Virus record (IMG/VR): IMGVR_UViG_3300032246_001650
Span: 1-53,245 of that record
DNA: 53,245 nt
Source of the DNA: a virus
Lineage: Duplodnaviria; Caudoviricetes
Reading direction: 5' to 3' (one strand)
This document shows, one piece after another, positions 41,484 through 49,412 of the stretch (position 1 is its first letter; the number at the start of each line of letters is the position of its first letter). Both the position numbers and the translations under genes were made by a program. Under the pieces are notes generated by a model. It was not told where the DNA came from, searched no databases, and was given only the letters and a program-made list of their open reading frames with translations.

Positions 41484-42137
41484 ATGGTAGATATCAAAAA
41501 TAATTTAGAAAAAATTTTATCTGGAGAGATAAAATTACAATATTGTGCTTCTATAAGAAAACATATATTATTAAATAATATATTTGATTATAAATGTAAT
41601 AAATGTGGAATTCATGAATGGATGGGACAAAAAATTACATTGGAAATAGAACATAAAGATGGAGATAATTGGAATAATAAAAAAGAAAATTTAGAGTTTT
41701 TATGTCCTAATTGTCATTCATTAACATCTACTTTTAGAAAAAAGAAAAATAAAAAACAAAAAAATATAATAAGTGATGAAGAAATAATAGAAGCATTAAA
41801 AAACAATAAAAACATAAATCAAACATTGGTATCTCTAGGAATGGACAATTCAGGAGGTAACTATAAAAGGGTAATCAAAATATGTCAGAACAATAAAATA
41901 GAAATACCTAAAATAAAAAGAGAAAAAATAAAAAAAGAATCAGAATATGATAAAAAATTAACTGAAAGAATCAATAATATATTAAAAGCTAATATTGATT
42001 TTACTCAAAGAGGATGGAGATTGAAAGTAGAAGAAGTAACAGGAATCCAACCTCAAAGAGCAGATAAGTTTATTGTAAGATATTTTCCAGAATTAAAAGA
42101 TATTTTATATAAACATAAAGATAAAAAAGAAGGTTAA
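41484..42137 (+). mobile_element. HNH endonuclease inserted in the tRNA cluster
   Basis: CNKCG..W....ITLEIEHKDGDNWNN..ENL.FLCPNCHS; start moved past tRNA-Trp. Confidence 0.88.
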
Positions 42138-42234
42138 AAGTTTTTAAAACAGGTTTGGCCTTCGTAAAACATGATGTTATATTTACGTCATAATAAAAAG
42201 AAATAAAAAGTTCTTTGACATACGAGAAACAAAT

Positions 42235-42317
42235 GCCGAGGTGGTGGAAATGGTAGACACACCGGTCTTAGAAACCGGAGCCTTAAAAGCATGCGAGTTC
42301 GACTCTCGCCCCCGGTA
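42235..42317 (+). tRNA. tRNA-Leu(TAG)
   Basis: CCGGT-CTTAGAA-ACCGG, variable arm. Confidence 0.93.
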
Positions 42318-42326
42318 CAAAAATAT

Positions 42327-42401
42327 TCACTCATAGCTCAGCGGTAGAGCAAGCGGCTGTTAACCGCTAGGTCATAGGTTCGAATCCTATTGAGTGAGCC
42401 A
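42327..42401 (+). tRNA. tRNA-Asn(GTT)
   Basis: Loop CTGTTAA, encoded CCA. Confidence 0.95.
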
Positions 42402-42407
42402 ATAAAT

Positions 42408-42483
42408 GCTCCTGTCGTCTAATAGGTTAGGACGCCTCCCTTTCACGGAGATAACGCGAGTTCGAATCTCGTCGGGAGTACCA
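42408..42483 (+). tRNA. tRNA-Glu(TTC)
   Basis: Loop CTTTCAC, encoded CCA. Confidence 0.94.
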
Positions 42484-42579
42484 AATCATGGGCAGTCGAT
42501 TAATTAGCGGCAACTAATTTAAGTACTGTATGTGATCTGATATGTATGAGTAACTTGCCGGTGAAAGTATGTAACAGTT

Positions 42580-42652
42580 TTTCTTAAATGGTGTAAGATG
42601 GGTTAGCACACCGCGCGTAGCGGAGGCCGAGGTTCAAGTCCTCATGAGAAAC
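42580..42652 (+). ncRNA. tRNA-like RNA with truncated anticodon arm
   Basis: TTTCTTA/TGAGAAA acceptor, D arm GTG..GG..CAC, T arm GAGG-TTCAAGT-CCTC; anticodon arm is only CCGC-GCGTA-GCGG. Confidence 0.6.
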
Positions 42653-42663
42653 AAAAAATATAT

Positions 42664-42738
42664 TGCGGGGAAGATGAGCCGGTGCACACACGAGTCTCAT
42701 AAGCTCGGACTAGGTGGGTTCAACTCCCACTCCCGCAA
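42664..42738 (+). tRNA. tRNA-Met(CAT), initiator-like
   Basis: xGCGGGG/CCCGCAA acceptor, loop CTCATAA. Confidence 0.82.
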
Positions 42739-42746
42739 CTATAAAT

Positions 42747-42817
42747 TGTCCTTTAGAATAATGGCAGTTCACCTGACTTTGACTCAGGGCGTGTTGGTTC
42801 GAATCCAGCAGGGACAA
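42747..42817 (+). tRNA. tRNA-Gln(TTG)
   Basis: CCTGA-CTTTGAC-TCAGG. Confidence 0.92.
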
Positions 42818-42829
42818 CAAAAAATAAAT

Positions 42830-42904
42830 GGGCTTGCATGTACCAAGGCTAGGCGATTCTCCTTTGCACGGAGAGTGTGGTGAGTTCGATTCTCACCGGG
42901 TCCA
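42830..42904 (+). tRNA. tRNA-Ala(TGC)
   Basis: G3-U70, TCTCC-TTTGCAC-GGAGA; atypical D arm. Confidence 0.82.
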
Positions 42905-43026
42905 CAAAAACATAATATGGGTAGGTAGGATGTTAGTAGTCGTTCCCTAAATCACGGACTAACAAGGTAAAGCGTTCAGATTAAAAATTAGGTAAACGTT
43001 ATTAAAGTAGTATTATGTTTTTATTT

Positions 43027-43103
43027 GGCTCGTTAGTAGAGATGGTTACAATGTCGCCCTGTCACGGCGAAGGTCACGGGTTCGAGTCCCGTACGAGCCG
43101 CCA
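43027..43103 (+). tRNA. tRNA-Asp(GTC)
   Basis: Loop CTGTCAC, encoded CCA. Confidence 0.94.
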
Positions 43104-43230
43104 AGAAAAGCAGTGAAGCTGTAATTGAGAGGTAGAGTGTTTTAAATACCAAAAAAGGGTTAATAGTAGGTAGGCGTCACTCATTGCACTCAATCAGTAA
43201 CCCCGAAAGACCCGAAGCTTTTCTTATTAC

Positions 43231-43318
43231 GGAAGTTTGGCAGAGATGGATGATTGCACCGGTCTTGAAAACCGGCATACCAGAAATGGTATCGGGGGTT
43301 CGAATCCCTCATCTTCCG
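43231..43318 (+). tRNA. tRNA-Ser(TGA)
   Basis: CCGGT-CTTGAAA-ACCGG, long variable arm. Confidence 0.93.
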
Positions 43319-43325
43319 CAACTAT

Positions 43326-43397
43326 GGTTCCATAGTTAAATGGATATAACAAGACTCTTCTAAAGTCTGGTTCGTGGTTCGATTCCACGTGGAACTA
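43326..43397 (+). tRNA. tRNA-Arg(TCT)
   Basis: AGACT-CTTCTAA-AGTCT. Confidence 0.92.
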
Positions 43398-43403
43398 CAA
43401 AAA

Positions 43404-43471
43404 GGGATGCTTACAGCAATTTTTTTAACTATCAAACTTTTAATTTGAAAACAGTAAAAACACAGCATCCC
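43404..43471 (+). ncRNA. Stem-ACAGCAA RNA, copy 1 (carries a tRNA-Lys-like anticodon hairpin)
   Basis: GGGATGCT/AGCATCCC; ACAGCAA at 43413; TCAAA-CTTTTAA-TTTGA at 43432-48. Confidence 0.75.
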
Positions 43472-43483
43472 GTAACTTCTTAA

Positions 43484-43549
43484 GGGCTTCTAACAGCAAC
43501 TATTAAAAACTCAAATTCCAAAATCATTTGACCGATAAAATAGAAGCCC
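43484..43549 (+). ncRNA. Stem-ACAGCAA RNA, copy 2
   Basis: GGGCTTCTA/TAGAAGCCC; ACAGCAA at 43493; TCAAAT/ATTTGA internal hairpin. Confidence 0.75.
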
Positions 43550-43629
43550 GTAAATTTTAAAAATCTCTTTTAATATAGTTTGGCTATGTAAAAGATTTAT
43601 ATTATATTAATATTATAAAAGAAATTAAA

Positions 43630-43684
43630 AGGATTCAGACAGCAATTTTAAAAACTTTCATTGGTAGAAAAAATACGGAATCCT
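43630..43684 (+). ncRNA. Stem-ACAGCAA RNA, copy 3
   Basis: AGGATTC/GAATCCT; ACAGCAA at 43639; TTTC-ATTGGTA-GAAA hairpin. Confidence 0.72.
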
Positions 43685-43692
43685 GAAACTTC

Positions 43693-43837
43693 TTGAGGTA
43701 ATGAGTACAAACAGCAATTATTAAAGATACATATCAATTAATAATTACAAACTAACACCTCAGTCATCGACTCCCCTAGCCGGTGCACGTACTCAGTAAC
43801 ACCTCAAACGTTGGCTAGGAGTGGGTCATGGCAGAGG
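43693..43837 (+). ncRNA. Stem-ACAGCAA RNA, copy 4, with pseudoknot or alternative pairing in the 5' leader of the DUF2828 gene
   Basis: TGAGTAC/GTACTCA plus TTGAGGT/ACCTCAA; ACAGCAA at 43711; CCTAGCC (43775-81) pairs with GGCTAGG (43813-19). Confidence 0.68.
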
Positions 43838-43865
43838 CTTAATTTAAAAAAAAGAAATAAAAGAT

Positions 43866-45242
43866 ATGAGCAATTTAATTAACGCAATGAGACAAAAAGA
43901 TGCCTTTACTGCTAACGGCGCTTTAACAAACTCTACTTCTTTAAACGCAGTTGTAGATATGTTCTTTTTAGCAGGTGCTTCTCGTAGAATGTCAGAACAA
44001 GATATTATTAATGTGTTTGTAAAAGCATATAATGAAGACCCTAATTTGACTGTTAAATGTTTATTTTGGGCTCGTGACGTTAGAGGTGGTGCTGGTGAAC
44101 GTAGATTCTTCCAAATCATCATGAATTATATCTCTTCTAAAGATGATAAAAATTTCATTAACTTATTAGGACATACTCCAGAATTTGGTTATTGGAAAGA
44201 CATTTTTACTTTAACAACTCCAAATAAAGTTTTATTGACTTGGGTTGAAGAAGAACTTAATAAAGAAAATAATGGATTGTTAGCTAAATGGTTTCCACGT
44301 AGAGGTGTTTGGTTCTCTTCAATGCATAAGTTTTTAGGAATGACTCCAAAAGAATTCCGTAAACTAATTGTTGGAAAAACTAAAGTAGTTGAAACTGCTA
44401 TGTGTAGTAAAGAATGGAATACTATCGAGTATTCTAAAATTCCATCACAAGCTTTCCAAAAATATAAAAGAGCATTTTTAAGAAATGATGAATCTAGATT
44501 TAATGATTTCATTGGTGCTGTTATAAAAGGTGAAGCTAAAGTAAATTCAAGTACTTTGTTCCCATATCAATTATACCGTTCATTCCTACAAGGTTTAGAT
44601 AAAAATTCAACTATGGCTCAATGGATGAATTTACCAGATTATGTTGGTGAAGGATCATTTTTACCTGTTTGTGACGTTTCTGGTTCAATGATGGGTTTAC
44701 CAATGGACATATCTATTTCATTAGGTGTTTACTTATCAGAAAGAAATAAAGGATTATTTAGAGATGCTTTTATTACTTTCTCAGAAGAACCAAAATTACA
44801 ATATTTAACAGGTAATATAATTGAAAAATTTAATCAATTACAAAGAGCAGAGTGGGGTATGTCAACTGATTTAGTGGCTGTATTTGATTTAATATTAAAT
44901 AAAGCAATTGAAAATAGATTACCTCAATCAGATTTACCAGAAAATATTTTGATTATCTCAGATATGGAATTTAATCATGCTTGTAGAAATAGAACTAATT
45001 TTGAAGTAATTCAAGATAAGTTTGAAGCTGCAGGTTATAAAATGCCAAAATTATCTTTTTGGAATGTAAATGGAAGAGAAGGTAACGTACCAGTATCAGC
45101 AGATACTAAAGATGTAGCCTTAATTTCAGGAGCTTCACCAGCAATCGTTAAAAACGTTTTAGAAGGTAAAGATTTCACTCCAAAAGGTATCATGTTAGAA
45201 ACTCTAATGAGTGAAAGATATGAAAAAATTGTAGCTCTTTAA
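43866..45242 (+). CDS. DUF2828-family protein (helical TROVE/Ro60-like N-terminus + vWA domain)
   Basis: TANGA..ST....VDMFF, LFWARDVRGGAGER, FGYWKD, LAKWFPR, VCDVSGSM MIDAS, FITFS, ISDMEF, FWNV. Confidence 0.85.
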   Translation: MSNLINAMRQKDAFTANGALTNSTSLNAVVDMFFLAGASRRMSEQDIINVFVKAYNEDPNLTVKCLFWARDVRGGAGERRFFQIIMNYISSKDDKNFINLLGHTPEFGYWKDIFTLTTPNKVLLTWVEEELNKENNGLLAKWFPRRGVWFSSMHKFLGMTPKEFRKLIVGKTKVVETAMCSKEWNTIEYSKIPSQAFQKYKRAFLRNDESRFNDFIGAVIKGEAKVNSSTLFPYQLYRSFLQGLDKNSTMAQWMNLPDYVGEGSFLPVCDVSGSMMGLPMDISISLGVYLSERNKGLFRDAFITFSEEPKLQYLTGNIIEKFNQLQRAEWGMSTDLVAVFDLILNKAIENRLPQSDLPENILIISDMEFNHACRNRTNFEVIQDKFEAAGYKMPKLSFWNVNGREGNVPVSADTKDVALISGASPAIVKNVLEGKDFTPKGIMLETLMSERYEKIVAL

Positions 45243-45257
45243 TTAGAGCTACTTAAC

Positions 45258-45331
45258 GGGCCTTTAGCTCAGTTGGTTAGAGCAGCGCACTCATAATGCG
45301 AAGGTCACAGGTTCAAGTCCTGTATGGCCCA
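45258..45331 (+). tRNA. tRNA-Ile2/Met(CAT)
   Basis: GGGCCT acceptor typical of lysidine-modified Ile2; loop CTCATAA. Confidence 0.88.
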
Positions 45332-45375
45332 CAAGGAAGTTCTTTAACATATTAAAAAGAAAAGGAAAATAAAAA

Positions 45376-45651
45376 ATGGAAATTACATCATTCGTTTTAG
45401 GTATGCTTACAATAACAGCTGTGCTTGCAATTGCAGTTGTTGTTTTAGGTATAGTTAGGATTTACAAACAAAAAGAACAAATTAAAGACTTACAAGACAC
45501 ATTAGGGTTAGTTGAACGAAATGCTAGCGATTGGGTTAGTAAATTAGAAGATCAAATGTGTAGGAATTTAGATGAAGTAAGACGAGAGTATTCATCTTAT
45601 GTTGATTCAAGAATAGACAAGCTTCAGTCTAAAAAGGAGGCAAATAAATAA
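45376..45651 (+). CDS. Small membrane-anchored coiled-coil protein
   Basis: N-terminal TM; C-terminal YVDSRIDKL. Confidence 0.7.
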   Translation: MEITSFVLGMLTITAVLAIAVVVLGIVRIYKQKEQIKDLQDTLGLVERNASDWVSKLEDQMCRNLDEVRREYSSYVDSRIDKLQSKKEANK

Positions 45652-45684
45652 TTTAAGTTAAACCAGTTAACGAACTTCCCAAAT

Positions 45685-45714
45685 AAGGCCTGTCAGAAAT
45701 GATAGGCCTTTTTT
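45685..45714 (+). terminator. Rho-independent terminator
   Basis: AAGGCCTGTCA-GAAA-TGATAGGCCTT followed by a T run. Confidence 0.85.
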
Positions 45715-45737
45715 AATTCTTTTTCATATTTATCAAT

Positions 45738-46199
45738 GTGAAATCATTCTGGTTCATCGTACTTTTATTGTTTCCTTTAACTCTGTGTTCTCAAATAAAA
45801 GTTGATAAAGCAGGAGATGGATGGGATTCTGTAGTTTATTCTGCTATTGATCTTATCAAAAAAACATCTCCACTTCATTATGCTGTATTAATGGAAACAA
45901 CTCAAAATGTACAATTTTGGAAAGAAGATTATTCATCAAATAATTTAATAGAAGGAAAAGGTGTTATTGTAATTTCATCTCAAGACATTAAGTTAAACAG
46001 TTTAAATAATATAGCTGCTGCCTTAATACATGAGAGTTACCATTTAAAGTTTCTTAAGTATGGTCCTGATTTAACAGGTTATGAAGAAGAATATCAATGT
46101 TATTTATATGAATTAAAGTTTTTAAAGTTGTTGCCACAAGTAGAGCCCTATCTATTAGCGCATGTAAAAGAACAACTTAAACTTTGGAATATAAAATGA
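45738..46199 (+). CDS. Secreted zincin-like metallopeptidase
   Basis: Signal peptide; ALIHESYH (HExxH)...EE. Confidence 0.65.
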   Translation: MKSFWFIVLLLFPLTLCSQIKVDKAGDGWDSVVYSAIDLIKKTSPLHYAVLMETTQNVQFWKEDYSSNNLIEGKGVIVISSQDIKLNSLNNIAAALIHESYHLKFLKYGPDLTGYEEEYQCYLYELKFLKLLPQVEPYLLAHVKEQLKLWNIK

Positions 46200-48085
46200 A
46201 AAAACTAATCTCTCTATTACTGACTGCAGTATTCTATTTAGGATTATCTGCTCAATCAGCTTCAACCTCTCCTGGAACAGGACATTGGGTTGTGATCGAC
46301 TCAGGTTATCAAGTAGCTACTTCGACTACTGGAAAAACTGTTACTCCTCTTTATTTCTATAACACATCAACCAGTGAAAAAATCACAGGTATGCAGTTTA
46401 GAATCCACTACGACAAAACTGCCTTTGTTGGTGTTATTCCTTCATTAAAAATTTCTACCTCAGATCAATACTTACAATATACAGATGATAATGTAAATGG
46501 ACATTTAACTGTTACTGTTGTTTATACAGGTACTAATTCTACATTTAATTATTCAAACGGTGCTACTTTTGATTTAACTTTTACTCATGCTTCAGATGCT
46601 GTTTGGAATACTTTAGATAGTATCAAGAGTTTAAAAGTTTCTGGTGTTGGTTCTTTCCCTAACTTAGCTTCAACTAATTTTGGTAATGATACTACTTTAG
46701 TAGTTTATTCTTACGGTGGTAGAATGAATCAGAAAATGTTAAGATTTGCTGGTAAATTTATTAACGTTACTGGAACAAATGCTAAAAACTTATGGGTTGC
46801 TTTAGAAAAGAAATCACCTACAGGAACTTGGACTCAAGTAGAAGCTAAATCTACTAATTCAAATGGTCATGTAGTATTCTTTAAAAACATTGATACTACC
46901 TATTGGGATGTTAGAATGACAATTAAAGGTGATACTATGACTCCTGGTTCAGTATTCTCAACTGCTGATGCTCAAAAAATTAACCAAGTAATGCTTTCTA
47001 CCTATACTCCTAAAGGATTTGATTTTTATACAATGGATGTAAATGGAACAGATGGTAATATTACAATTGCAGATGTTTATTCAGTTTATGGAAGATTAGC
47101 AGGTAGATTCTCAACTTGGCCAAATGGTAAAAAAGATGTAATGTTCTTTACTGTAGCCGAATATAATGCAATCAATGGTTCAGCTACTAACTTAGTTGGT
47201 ACTTATGGAACAAATTATAACTTAATTTATAATATCGATGGTAAAGATTCTATTACTTATTATGTAGCAGTTAAGGGTGATGCTAATGCGACTGGATTTA
47301 AAATGGCTCGTTTAACGCCTATACAAATTATAAATCCATCTAATGCTAAAAATTATATTATTGACAATACCGTTTCATATGATAACGTTATAGAAACTAT
47401 AGAGGTTAATATGCCAACTGTTAATGTTGATGAAGGTAATTTAGTTAATGTACCTGTTAAAGTTTTAACTGGTGGTAAATCATTAGGCGCTGTACAATTA
47501 GAATTAAAATACGATACTGCTTTATTAGAATTTAAGAAAATTGATTTAACTGAAAAAATGTTAAATTGGACTTCATATACTAACCCTGATAATGGAGTTG
47601 TAGCTTTTGGTTCAGCTGATTTAAAAGGTGGTAATTGGTTATTAGATGGTGAGAAAGTAATGGATTTACAATTCGTTGCTAAAAAACCTCAATCAGAATG
47701 GGGTACCGCAGCTATCTGGACTGGTCCTAAATTTGTAGGAGGTACTAATGCTCAAGATATGAACATCACTCCAGCAATGGGAATTGTACAAGTTAGAAAA
47801 ACTAAATCAGGTATTAATGTATTAGGAGTAGAAAAATTAATTTCATTCCCTAACCCAACAGATGGTGAAGTATTTATTGAATTCAGAGTAGACTACGATT
47901 CAGAAGTTGCTTTAAATGTAAATAATTTAATTGGTCAAAGAGTATTAGAGGTGTTAAATGAAAGAATGCCTGCAGGTGATTATAAGTACATTGCTAATTT
48001 AAATCAATTAGCTAATGGGATGTATATTATGACTTTACAAACTAGTACTACATCTAAGTCTCACAAAATATTTATCAACAAATAA
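46196..48085 (+). CDS. Secreted cohesin/dockerin-like protein with T9SS C-terminal domain
   Basis: Signal peptide; ITGMQF...YD and GAVQLELKYD cohesin-like strands; DVNGTDGNITIAD; FPNPTDG...LANGMYI...KIFINK. Confidence 0.8.
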   Translation: MKKLISLLLTAVFYLGLSAQSASTSPGTGHWVVIDSGYQVATSTTGKTVTPLYFYNTSTSEKITGMQFRIHYDKTAFVGVIPSLKISTSDQYLQYTDDNVNGHLTVTVVYTGTNSTFNYSNGATFDLTFTHASDAVWNTLDSIKSLKVSGVGSFPNLASTNFGNDTTLVVYSYGGRMNQKMLRFAGKFINVTGTNAKNLWVALEKKSPTGTWTQVEAKSTNSNGHVVFFKNIDTTYWDVRMTIKGDTMTPGSVFSTADAQKINQVMLSTYTPKGFDFYTMDVNGTDGNITIADVYSVYGRLAGRFSTWPNGKKDVMFFTVAEYNAINGSATNLVGTYGTNYNLIYNIDGKDSITYYVAVKGDANATGFKMARLTPIQIINPSNAKNYIIDNTVSYDNVIETIEVNMPTVNVDEGNLVNVPVKVLTGGKSLGAVQLELKYDTALLEFKKIDLTEKMLNWTSYTNPDNGVVAFGSADLKGGNWLLDGEKVMDLQFVAKKPQSEWGTAAIWTGPKFVGGTNAQDMNITPAMGIVQVRKTKSGINVLGVEKLISFPNPTDGEVFIEFRVDYDSEVALNVNNLIGQRVLEVLNERMPAGDYKYIANLNQLANGMYIMTLQTSTTSKSHKIFINK

Positions 48086-48432
48086 TGAAACTATTTAACT
48101 TTGGTAAACAAGAATATGTAAAAGTAGACGATAAAAATCGTTTCTATTACATGTTACAACAAATGCAATCTAATCGTTGGAAGATTACTTTAGTTGTATT
48201 GTCATTATTTTTCTTCATTATTTTAGGAATTAACTCTGCTGTTTTCTTTGGAGTAGCAATAGCTGAATCTTGGAAAGAATTATTACTTATTTTATTAGGT
48301 GCTTTCGTAGGTAACTTAAATAAAGTAGTAGATTACTGGTTCAACTCAGAAGATAGAGATAAGATGCTAATTCAGAAAGTAGATGAGGAAGATGGAGTAT
48401 CATTGTCAAGCACATTAAATAATGAAAAATAA
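48085..48432 (+). CDS. Two-TM membrane protein
   Basis: Two hydrophobic helices, VVDYWFNS. Confidence 0.7.
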   Translation: MKLFNFGKQEYVKVDDKNRFYYMLQQMQSNRWKITLVVLSLFFFIILGINSAVFFGVAIAESWKELLLILLGAFVGNLNKVVDYWFNSEDRDKMLIQKVDEEDGVSLSSTLNNEK

Positions 48433-48745
48433 TATGTCAGAAGAAAAAGAAGAAAGCGGTTTTAACGCTATTAAAAAAGCCGTTATCGGAGCAATTACCA
48501 CGGGTGTTGCTGCCGGTGGCGCATGGTTAGCTGGTTTATTTGGTGGTGGAAGTGAACCTGCAGCAACTCCTGCAAACACTCCTGCTCCTGCCCCTGTTGT
48601 TGTAAACGTTCAGCAGACTCAAGAAAATAAACAGCAAGTAAAACAAAACTCTGCTCCTATGGTTATCAAAGAAAGAGTAATTGAAAAACCTGCTGAATCT
48701 AAACCTGCTGCTAAACCTGCTCAAAATGAAGAAGATCCTTGGTAG
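48422..48745 (+). CDS. Pro/Ala-rich membrane-anchored protein
   Basis: TM followed by PAATPANTPAPAP. Confidence 0.7.
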   Translation: MKNNMSEEKEESGFNAIKKAVIGAITTGVAAGGAWLAGLFGGGSEPAATPANTPAPAPVVVNVQQTQENKQQVKQNSAPMVIKERVIEKPAESKPAAKPAQNEEDPW

Positions 48746-49412
48746 TCTTTTATTAGTATTACTAATAGCAGGATGTGGTTCTATGAAAACCACTACTGAA
48801 AAAGATGTAGTTGAAAAAGCAGATATTTCTACTGTTTCCGCTTATACCGATTCAACCAAGTATGCTGTTCAGGTATTAAGTATGGATATGTCTAAAGTAC
48901 TAACTACTTATCCTGCTTTACAAGAAAAGAATGTTGGATTAGGATTTGCTGAGTCTGTATTAGATTATTTAGATGAAACAAAAAGATTCATATTTACAGA
49001 AGAAAAATCTGAAATTAAAGAAAGAATGGTTACTCAATTTAAAGCATCTAAAAAAGGTGTTTTTGAAGAACCAATTGATGGAAAAGGTAAGATTAAGGCT
49101 GCTCGTTATTTTGTTTATGCTACTGTGGCCGATTTTGCTGTTGATGAAGACGAGGCTGTTGAAAAAGGTAAGACAAAAGTTGTGGTCACTACTTTCATAC
49201 GTTTACAAGTTCGCTTCGTTGATGCCATGACTGGCCAAGTTTATATTGGTTCAGGTGAAGGTGAAGCTGTTAAAGTAGGTGAATCATTCTTAAAATCATT
49301 AGATATGTCTTTCTCTCAATCAACTGTTGGTAAAGCAACTCGTAAAGCTTTAGAAACCGCTACAACAAAAGTAGTACAAAGACTGATTGCAGAAGGTGTA
49401 TTTAAATCTTAA
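48726..49412 (+). CDS. CsgG/HfaB-like lipoprotein
   Basis: LIAGC lipobox; LQVRFVDAMTGQV..GSGEG; GKATRKALE. Confidence 0.72.
   Translation: MKKILGSLLLVLLIAGCGSMKTTTEKDVVEKADISTVSAYTDSTKYAVQVLSMDMSKVLTTYPALQEKNVGLGFAESVLDYLDETKRFIFTEEKSEIKERMVTQFKASKKGVFEEPIDGKGKIKAARYFVYATVADFAVDEDEAVEKGKTKVVVTTFIRLQVRFVDAMTGQVYIGSGEGEAVKVGESFLKSLDMSFSQSTVGKATRKALETATTKVVQRLIAEGVFKS

Noticed and set aside
42644-42883. ORF-track CDS of 79 aa; also N-terminal extensions of the ORFs at 95, 28704 and 41388, and minus-strand ORFs at 25759, 29000 and 38952
   Set aside because: They overlap tRNAs or tRNA-like elements and are read-through artefacts.
43404-43807. CRISPR array
   Set aside because: Only 7 nt are invariant, unit lengths are irregular, stems covary instead of repeating, and no cas genes are in the window.
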